Source: an uncultured Chitinophagaceae bacterium
Lineage (GTDB): Bacteria; Bacteroidota; Bacteroidia; Chitinophagales; Chitinophagaceae
Assembly (NCBI GenBank): GCA_937897585.1
Contig: CALCNY010000187.1
Span: 1-51,751, forward strand
Reading direction: 5' to 3'
Length of the DNA: 51,751 nucleotides
Of the stretch, positions 1 through 7,016 are shown in pieces. Numbering within the stretch: the first letter of the stretch is position 1; every line of letters starts with the position of its first letter. Below the pieces are notes generated by a model. The model ran no database searches. It had not been told where the DNA came from and saw only the letters and a program-made list of their open reading frames with translations. The position numbers and the translations under genes are program-made.

Positions 1-215
1 GGCATGCCAATGTAATTACCTGGGATGGACTTGTGGTGCCTTGTTGTTTTGATAAAGATGCTATGCATCAATTGGGAAACTTGAAAACACAATCATTTGC
101 TGATATCTGGAAAAATGACAATTATAGTCAATTCAGAAAAGAGCTAATGAAAAGCAGAAAAAATATTGATATTTGCGCGAACTGCAGTGAAGGCGTTTCT
201 GTTTGGGAAGATTAA
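1..215 (+). CDS. Radical SAM/SPASM domain protein, C-terminal fragment (5' truncated by window)
   Basis: Frame is open from the window start: ..HANVITWDGLVVPCCFD..LGNL..SFADIW..C ANC, a typical SPASM Fe-S motif set. Confidence 0.8.
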   Translation, partial: HANVITWDGLVVPCCFDKDAMHQLGNLKTQSFADIWKNDNYSQFRKELMKSRKNIDICANCSEGVSVWED

Positions 216-237
216 TCACTCACACTAAAAAACAATA

Positions 238-1266
238 ATGGAATATTCATTTAATGAAAGATTCAGACAGGTAATATTGTTCATGTTAATTGTAATTATT
301 GCAGTTTTATTGATATTTGAATTAACAGTATTTATTCCTGGGTTTTTAGGTGGCATTACTTTATATATTTTAAGTCGTTCATTGTATTTTCAATTCATTT
401 TTAAATATAAATGGAAGAAAGGGTTAACTGCATTGCTTTTCATTTTAGCTTTTATCATTCTGATTGCCATTCCTATTTATATAGGCATTGAATTGGTTAG
501 TCCTAAAATAAAATTAATTACTGATCAACAAGACAAGCTTATACAAGGCATTCAAATAATTGCTGATAAAATAAAAGCTAAGACGGGAATGGATTTGTTC
601 ACAGCAAATAATGCCAAAGAAACTGCAGCAAAAATATCTGCTTTCCTGCCACAGTTACTTAATAGTACAGCGGTTATGTTGGGCAATTTGCTGATGATGT
701 TTTTCCTTTATTATTATTTGCTTACTGGAGGTTCACGTTTAGAGTCATACTTGTTAAAAATCATCCCGTTGAAAAATGAGAATATTGATTTGCTTGCTGA
801 AGAAACTAAAATGATGGTGAAAGCCAATGCGCTTGGTATTCCTATTATTTGTATTGTTCAAGGTGTTTTTGCTGCTTTGGGTTATTGGATTTTTGGCGTT
901 AATGATTGGGCTTTATGGGGATTTTTTACCGGACTTTTTGCATTTTTTCCAATGGTAGGTACCATGATTATTTGGGTTCCACTTGTGGCTTACATGTTTG
1001 CAACTGGAAATGATTTTTATGCAACAGGCTTGACTTTATATAGTTTTATTGTTACCGGAAATGTAGATTATGTGGCCAGAATTACATTGATGAAAAAAAT
1101 AGGAGACGTTCATCCTTTAATTACAATTCTGGGTGTAATCGTTGGATTGAATTTGTTTGGATTTGTGGGTTTGATATTCGGGCCATTATTAATTAGTTAT
1201 TTTATGGTTTTGGTAAAAATTTATATCAATGAGTTTGTTGTTGTAAAAAATGCAGAGACCAATTAA
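238..1266 (+). CDS. AI-2E family (PerM/YdiK-like) transporter
   Basis: 342 aa, multiple TM segments, family-like C-terminus (FFPMVGTMIIWVP; VHPLITILGVIVGLNLFGFVGLIFGPL). Confidence 0.85.
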   Translation: MEYSFNERFRQVILFMLIVIIAVLLIFELTVFIPGFLGGITLYILSRSLYFQFIFKYKWKKGLTALLFILAFIILIAIPIYIGIELVSPKIKLITDQQDKLIQGIQIIADKIKAKTGMDLFTANNAKETAAKISAFLPQLLNSTAVMLGNLLMMFFLYYYLLTGGSRLESYLLKIIPLKNENIDLLAEETKMMVKANALGIPIICIVQGVFAALGYWIFGVNDWALWGFFTGLFAFFPMVGTMIIWVPLVAYMFATGNDFYATGLTLYSFIVTGNVDYVARITLMKKIGDVHPLITILGVIVGLNLFGFVGLIFGPLLISYFMVLVKIYINEFVVVKNAETN

Positions 1267-1330
1267 CCCGAAAAATAAAATTATTTAACAGCCCATTAGA
1301 TTTGTTATCATTACTATTGTTTATTCAATT

Positions 1331-2536
1331 ATGAAAAAAATTCGTACCATTTTCTTGAGTGCATTTGCGATTTTACATTTAAATGCATTTTCTCAAAAAA
1401 CAAATATAAAAACTGAAATGAGAGCCGTATGGGTAGCTACTGTTGATAATATCGACTGGCCGGATACTGCAACAGTAGATGCTCAGTTGCATAAAGATGC
1501 TTTTCTCCGTTTGTTAGATACTCATTTTTGTAATGGCATCAATACCATCATCGTTCAAATTCGTCCTTCTTCTGATGCATTTTATCCTTCACCTTACGAA
1601 CCATGGAGCCAATGGCTAACAGGTATACAAGGACAAGCGCCACAGCCATTTTTTGATCCATTAGAGTTTATGATAACAGAAACGCATAAACGCGGAATGG
1701 AGTTTCATGCCTGGATTAATCCATTTAGAGCAGTTCAAAATATTGAGAAGTCTTCTATTGCTGAAAACCATGTTACAAAGCAACATCCTGATTGGTTCAT
1801 TCAATATGGCAATAAAATATTTTTTGATCCGGGAAATAAAGAAGCCAGACAATATGTTGTGGATGTGGTTAAAGATATTGTAAAACGATATGCTGTAGAT
1901 GCTATTCACATTGATGATTATTTTTACCCTTATCCATTACCAGGTGTAAAGTTTCATGATGAAAAAACTTACGGACTTTATGGCAGCACTATGAAGTTAG
2001 ATGATTGGAGACGAAGCAATGTCGATTCTGTGATTTCTAATTTGTATACTGAAATCAAAAAAATAAACAACAATTGTCAGTTTGGGGTGAGTCCATTTGG
2101 TGTATGGAGAAATTCGGATCGTGATCCGCGTGGCAGTAAAACACAAGCTGGTCCTACGGATTATGATTATTTATATGCCGATATTTTATTGTGGTTGAAA
2201 AAAGGTTGGGTAGATTATATTGCACCCCAACTATATTGGGAAATGACCAGTAAACATGTGCCTTTCGATGTGGTATTGGATTGGTGGAGCAAAAATACCA
2301 ATGGCAAAAAATGCTATATCGGATTGGGAGTTTATAGAGCAGGTTGCAACAAAGCCTGGAGCGATAAGAATTTATTACCTATTCAAATTGAAAAAATCAG
2401 AAAAACGCCCAATATTCAGGGTATGATGTTTTATAGCAGTCGCTCACTTGAAAAAAATCTGAATGGCTGGAGTGATAGTTTGAGATTGAATTATTTTAAA
2501 GAACCGGCGATGACGCCGAAGATGAATGCCCCCTAA
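1331..2536 (+). CDS. Glycoside hydrolase GHL10/YddW (DUF187) family, secreted
   Basis: EMRAVWVATV.NIDWP, QIRP..DAFYPS.YEPWS, EFHAWINPFR, IHIDDYFYP, DYIAPQLYW motifs; signal peptide. Confidence 0.85.
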   Translation: MKKIRTIFLSAFAILHLNAFSQKTNIKTEMRAVWVATVDNIDWPDTATVDAQLHKDAFLRLLDTHFCNGINTIIVQIRPSSDAFYPSPYEPWSQWLTGIQGQAPQPFFDPLEFMITETHKRGMEFHAWINPFRAVQNIEKSSIAENHVTKQHPDWFIQYGNKIFFDPGNKEARQYVVDVVKDIVKRYAVDAIHIDDYFYPYPLPGVKFHDEKTYGLYGSTMKLDDWRRSNVDSVISNLYTEIKKINNNCQFGVSPFGVWRNSDRDPRGSKTQAGPTDYDYLYADILLWLKKGWVDYIAPQLYWEMTSKHVPFDVVLDWWSKNTNGKKCYIGLGVYRAGCNKAWSDKNLLPIQIEKIRKTPNIQGMMFYSSRSLEKNLNGWSDSLRLNYFKEPAMTPKMNAP

Positions 2537-2562
2537 ATCCCCCAAAGGGGGACATTGATTAT
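2528..2562 (+). repeat. Palindromic repeat A copy overlapping the GHL10 stop codon
   Basis: GCCCCCTAAATCCCCCAAAGGGGGACATTGATTAT; the TAA at 2534-2536 is the gene stop. Confidence 0.9.
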
Positions 2563-2655
2563 GTAATATTTTGGATGTTATATTTAGTTGTAATTATTAA
2601 GCATTATGTAATATTGAATTGAATTCAACTTTATGTTGAGGTGCCCCAGCAAAGC

Positions 2656-2690
2656 ACAATCAAAGTCCCCCTTCGGGGGATTTAGGGGGC
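2656..2690 (-). repeat. Palindromic repeat A copy (inverted) overlapping the stop of the 2682-2984 gene
   Basis: Reverse complement reads GCCCCCTAAATCCCCCGAAGGGGGACTTTGATTGT. Confidence 0.9.
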
Positions 2691-2984
2691 AGAATATTTT
2701 TTTCCTTCCAGCCAATTACACTGTTGTAAACTGCCCACTCGGATTCTTAAAGGAATTTTTGTAACCTTTTCAAATTTCCATTCTTGTTTACAAATAACGC
2801 CGATGTTTTGTAAATAGTAATTCTCTGGAATGCTCTTCAATAAAGGGTTTGATGGGACTGTAGAAGTGATTGAAATATGTTGAATAGCAGACTTATTATT
2901 TTTAAAATAATCGTTTTTTTGTGCAAAAGCAAGCTTCTCCACAAAAATCATGCAAAAAAATAAAAATAACTGCTTTTGTTTCAA
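2682..2984 (-). CDS. Hypothetical secreted protein
   Basis: 100 aa, signal-peptide-like N-terminus; C-terminal GVICKQEWKFEK..KIPLRIRVGS..CNWLEGK looks like a small conserved Bacteroidota domain (from recall). Confidence 0.65.
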   Translation of the reverse strand: MKQKQLFLFFCMIFVEKLAFAQKNDYFKNNKSAIQHISITSTVPSNPLLKSIPENYYLQNIGVICKQEWKFEKVTKIPLRIRVGSLQQCNWLEGKKYSAP

Positions 2985-3032
2985 CTTACGGAAATCTATT
3001 ATGTAAATTTACGTTCGAATTGATTATCCACC

Positions 3033-4517
3033 ATGGCCATGCAGCAAAGTTTACAGCAGAAGATGCTACAAAAACTGAGTCCGCAGCAAATTCAACTGAT
3101 GAAATTGCTGCAGATTCCTACTGCCCAGTTGGAAGAGCGCATAAAAGAGGAACTTGAAGAAAATCCTGCACTCGAACAAGTTGAAGAAGGCCATGAAGAC
3201 GAATTTGACGTCAAGGATGAATTCGCCGAAAACAATGAGGATGATTTTGAACCAGATGGAAGTGAGGAAGAATATGACAATATAGACATCAGTGAATATG
3301 TACAGGAAGGCGATGACGATATTGGTGATTACAAACTACGTGATGATAATTATCCAGATGCAGATGAAAGCAGAACTACGCCTCACAAAGTGGAAGTTTC
3401 ATTCAATGAACTCATGATACAACAATTGGGATTGTTGAAACTGAATGACAAAGAACAAAAAATCGCAGAACAAATAATAGGCAGTTTGGATGATGATGGT
3501 TATTTGAGAAGAGAGATAACGTCGATAATAGACGACCTTGCATTCAGACAAAATATTGAGGCCGACGAAAAGATGGTGAAGCATATCATTTTGATGATAC
3601 AAGACTTCGATCCTGCCGGAGTTGCTGCCAAAGATTTACAAGAGTGTTTATTATTACAACTGCAACGTTTACCTAATCCTACTCAGGATACGGTTTTAGC
3701 CATTAAAGTGTTGAAATTATATTTTGAAGAATTTACCAAGAAACATTACGAGAAAATACAAAGAGGATTATCGCTATCCGATGATCAGTTAAGAGGCATT
3801 ATCAATCAGATTATAAAATTGAATCCACGCCCAGGGATTATGTCTGGAGATTCTGCCAGATCTGAAAACTATATCATTCCTGATTTTTTTATCAACAATA
3901 ATGCAGGCAAACTAGAGCTTTCATTAAATAGTAAAAATGCGCCTGACTTGAGAGTGAGTGATGGTTACAGAGATATGCTCAACCATTATGAGAAAAGTAA
4001 AAAAGATAATAAGAGTCAGAAAGAGGCCGTGATGTTTATCAAACAAAAACTGGATTCCGCAAAATGGTTTATTGATGCCATCAAGCAACGACAAAATACT
4101 TTGTTGAATACGATGGAGGCCATTATGAATTATCAATATAATTTTTTCCTCACTGGAGATGAGATGGATTTGAAGCCGATGATATTGAAAGATGTGGCAG
4201 AAAAAACCATGCAAGACATTTCTACTGTGAGTAGGGTGGCTAACAGCAAATTTGTGCAAACAGAATTTGGAACATATAGACTTAAATTCTTTTTCAGTGA
4301 AAGTCTGCAAACGGATTCGGGAGAAGAAGTGAGCACCAGAGAAGTGAAAAGAATTTTATCAGATTTGATAGAAGAAGAAAGCAAAAAAAATCCATACAGT
4401 GATGAAGCACTTACAGAAATGCTTCAACAGAAAGGTTATAACATAGCCAGAAGAACTGTAGCTAAATATCGTGAACAGTTGAATATTCCTGTAGCCAGGT
4501 TAAGAAAAAAAATATAA
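3033..4517 (+). CDS. rpoN: RNA polymerase sigma-54 factor
   Basis: Gln-rich region I (QKLSPQQIQLMKLLQ), HTH (DISTVSRV), RpoN box ARRTVAKYRE. Confidence 0.97.
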   Translation: MAMQQSLQQKMLQKLSPQQIQLMKLLQIPTAQLEERIKEELEENPALEQVEEGHEDEFDVKDEFAENNEDDFEPDGSEEEYDNIDISEYVQEGDDDIGDYKLRDDNYPDADESRTTPHKVEVSFNELMIQQLGLLKLNDKEQKIAEQIIGSLDDDGYLRREITSIIDDLAFRQNIEADEKMVKHIILMIQDFDPAGVAAKDLQECLLLQLQRLPNPTQDTVLAIKVLKLYFEEFTKKHYEKIQRGLSLSDDQLRGIINQIIKLNPRPGIMSGDSARSENYIIPDFFINNNAGKLELSLNSKNAPDLRVSDGYRDMLNHYEKSKKDNKSQKEAVMFIKQKLDSAKWFIDAIKQRQNTLLNTMEAIMNYQYNFFLTGDEMDLKPMILKDVAEKTMQDISTVSRVANSKFVQTEFGTYRLKFFFSESLQTDSGEEVSTREVKRILSDLIEEESKKNPYSDEALTEMLQQKGYNIARRTVAKYREQLNIPVARLRKKI

Positions 4518-5194
4518 TGGAAAACAACAAGGAGATTTCTCGGGAAAATAGTTCAACAATAAACTTCGGATTCCCTGCAAAGGCATTTGCGTATTTAAAT
4601 TCCTATCTTTTTCATCCTTTGTTTGTTCCTTTATATATCATCTTGTTTTTACTTTATGTGCATCCATCAGCTTTTACCGGATTTTCTGATGCGACAAAAG
4701 TTCGTGTAATCTTTATCGTTATTATCAATTTATTGTTCTTTCCCTTAATCAGTGTATTGTTATTAAAAGCGGTTGGTTTTATAGATTCGATTTATCTAAA
4801 GAACCAAAAAGACCGAATTATACCTTATATCGCTTCCGGTATTTTTTTCTTTTGGGCCTATCATGTTTTTAAAGAGCAAACTCAATATCCAGAGGTGTGG
4901 GTATCATACTTGCTAGGTTTGTTTTTGGCTTCATCAGCAGCATTGATTGCCAATATTTATTTCAAAGTAAGTATGCATGCTGTTGGAGTGGGAGGATGGA
5001 TTGGTTTTTTTTATCTTTTGTCAAACACACAAGATGTAATGATGACATGGCCGTTGGTAGCTGTGTTGTTAATTACGGGAATGGTGTGTACTTCAAGAAT
5101 GATTTTAAAAGCGCATGATGCTGTAGATATTTATGGTGGATTGGTTATTGGTGTGTTGACACAACTTGCGGGGTGGTATTTTAATGCCCCCTAA
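4517..5194 (+). CDS. Hypothetical membrane protein (PAP2-like C-terminus), translationally coupled to rpoN
   Basis: About 6-7 TM segments; SYLFHPLF, KVSMH, SR..LKAH motifs; TAATG overlap with the rpoN stop. Confidence 0.7.
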   Translation: MENNKEISRENSSTINFGFPAKAFAYLNSYLFHPLFVPLYIILFLLYVHPSAFTGFSDATKVRVIFIVIINLLFFPLISVLLLKAVGFIDSIYLKNQKDRIIPYIASGIFFFWAYHVFKEQTQYPEVWVSYLLGLFLASSAALIANIYFKVSMHAVGVGGWIGFFYLLSNTQDVMMTWPLVAVLLITGMVCTSRMILKAHDAVDIYGGLVIGVLTQLAGWYFNAP

Positions 5195-5600
5195 ATCTCC
5201 CAAAGGGGGGAATCTCCTCGTGAGAGGGGAGCAGTTAGCAGATTCGACTATCTCTGCGAAACCTCTACTTTCTTTAATTCTCCGCCGTAAAATATTTCGT
5301 GAATTCGTGATTATGAAAATGTAAAATGTAGAATATCCAATTTAAAATGTAAAAGTGGTATTTCGGAAACGAAATTGTTATTCTCTCATGAATTTAAAAA
5401 CCTCACCCCCAACCCCCCTTAATCCCCCGAAAGGGGAAGTCCAAGAATGAGAGGGGAGCAATGAGCAGTACCGACTTTGTGAATCTTCGTGCCTTAGCGC
5501 TATCGTGACAAAAAAATCGATTCCCTATCCACTAACAAGCAAAACCTCTGCTTTCTCTTATTCTCAGCGGTAAAATGATTCGTGAATTCGTGGTTAACCA
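5186..5600. repeat. Mosaic intergenic repeat cassette (repeat A plus about 1.5 copies of the composite element)
   Basis: A at 5186-5212. 5221-5310 and 5318-5465 match the reverse complement of 41188-41278 and 41261-41414; 5401-5520 matches the reverse complement of about 9487-9614. Confidence 0.85.
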
Positions 5601-5634
5601 AAAAAATAGAAGCCCCGTCCAATTCGGGGCTTCT
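5599..5634 (-). terminator. Rho-independent terminator (minus strand)
   Basis: Stem AGAAGCCCCG/CGGGGCTTCT (5608-5634) with an A-run at 5599-5606 that gives a U-tail on the minus strand. Confidence 0.7.
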
Positions 5635-5762
5635 CGTTGTCCTGTAGTGCCTAACAAAAAGTATCTTGTAGCTGTATAAAATCAACAGCAGTTGTTTGTG
5701 TTAATACCATTAAATGAAATGAAAATTTTCTTAGTAATTCAATAGTGTAAAAGACTAATTTG

Positions 5763-5842
5763 AATCCAGCTTCCAGTATCTAGTCTATCCAGCTCATCTA
5801 GCCTATCTAGTATCGAGCATCTAGTATCCAGTCTATCCAGCA
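5763..5842. repeat. Degenerate short tandem repeats (TATCCAGC/TATCTAG family)
   Basis: Repeated tatccag/tatctag/catctag units; the same family occurs at 6601-6650 and 6791-6950. Confidence 0.7.
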
Positions 5843-6060
5843 GTTTTTTCTTCTTCATTTGTTTTTCAAAGGTTGTGCATATATAAGCGTTTTTAGGCGC
5901 TTTTTATTGTGTATGTGATTGATAATTAAGTAGAAGTACTTTGGTTTTATTGTAATCAAACACATAGTAATTCATTCTTAAACCCTTGACCATTCAGCCA
6001 TATGATAAAAAATAGTAAAGGTCTTTCATTAAGAAAATAATCTGAAAAAAAATTTGAGAA

Positions 6061-6420
6061 TTAAGGTCTGAAAGTTATCGACCCAGTAAGACTTGGATTT
6101 TCAATTGAATGATACGTTATAGTTCCCAGGGTGTCTTTCTTAAAAAAATAATGACCTTGAGGAGCCATTGTTGAAGTAGCAAGTGAAGTACAATTATCAG
6201 AAACGATAGTTTGATTGGTGTTCGATTGATTTAAGAATGTAATTGATGATCCGATAGCAACTGTAAGTGTTGGTGGCGAAACTGCAGTATTTGTAATTGA
6301 AATATAATGTGTAGGTAATCCGCCACCCACGCCACCATAATTAACAGAGGGTTGTGAGCATGAGCAAATCATTAATGATAAACAAAAAGATATAAATAGT
6401 TTAGTTTGGCTGAAGTTCAT
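6061..6420 (-). CDS. Cupredoxin-like lipoprotein
   Basis: Likely ATG at 6420; lipobox ICSC; plastocyanin-like pattern (VSPPTLTVAIGSSITFLN..; GTITYH..P.LTGSI). Confidence 0.6.
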   Translation of the reverse strand: MNFSQTKLFISFCLSLMICSCSQPSVNYGGVGGGLPTHYISITNTAVSPPTLTVAIGSSITFLNQSNTNQTIVSDNCTSLATSTMAPQGHYFFKKDTLGTITYHSIENPSLTGSITFRP

Positions 6421-6512
6421 ATGTGCTGAAATGTGCGACAAATTACAAAAAAAATCAGATAATTGGAATTAGAAATCAAATTGCGGATTTGATTGAAAGT
6501 GATATTGCAATT

Positions 6513-6568
6513 TTGCAATATCGCAATATTACGTCCACCCAACTCAAACAGCCAAATATTTTCACTAA
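6513..6568 (+). repeat. 56-bp dispersed repeat (inverted copy at 17682-17737)
   Basis: TTGCAATATCGCAATATTACGTCCACCCAACTCAAACAGCCAAATATTTTCACTAA; one mismatch to the second copy. Confidence 0.9.
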
Positions 6569-6600
6569 AGTTTATTTAATAAAGCTGAACTTTATTTAAA

Positions 6601-6950
6601 CTATCCAGCCCAACCATCCTATCTAGCTTATCCAGCCCATCCAGCAAATCTGGCTATAAATACTAAACGTTCCTTTCAAGAGACATTATTGAGAAGTACG
6701 ACGAACCATTTGAACTTATTGAACCTCTTAAACCTTTTGAACAAATTTTTAAAACGCAACGTCCCTTTCATGAGAAATTGCTGACAAGAACTATCCAGCA
6801 TCTAGCTTATCCAGCCTATCTATCCTATCCAGCAAATCTGGCTTTAAAATACGCAACGTCCCTTTCAGGAGACATTGCTGAGAAGTAAGTATCCTGCCTA
6901 TCTAGCCTATCCAGCTTATCTAGCCTATCCAGCCTATCTATCCTATCCCT
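6601..6950. repeat. Array of three ~38-bp hairpin repeats separated by 9-mer microsatellites
   Basis: ACGCAACGTCCCTTTCAGGAGACATTGCTGAGAAG-like units at about 6661, 6754 and 6851; spacers are TATCCAGCC and TTGAACCTT repeats. Confidence 0.75.
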
Positions 6951-7004
6951 CCCCTCCCCCAATAAATATTTCTCAACATTAATCATTCCCAATACTGCCG
7001 TTCG

Positions 7005-7012
7005 TAAATTTG
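7005..7012 (+). promoter_or_regulatory. Bacteroidota sigma-A -7 element upstream of pcrA
   Basis: TAAATTTG matches TAnnTTTG; only 4 nt separate it from the ATG at 7017. Confidence 0.6.
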
Positions 7013-7016
7013 TCGT

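Noticed and set aside
6601-6950. CRISPR array
   Set aside because: Only three degenerate units, spacers are low-complexity repeats, and no cas genes in the window.
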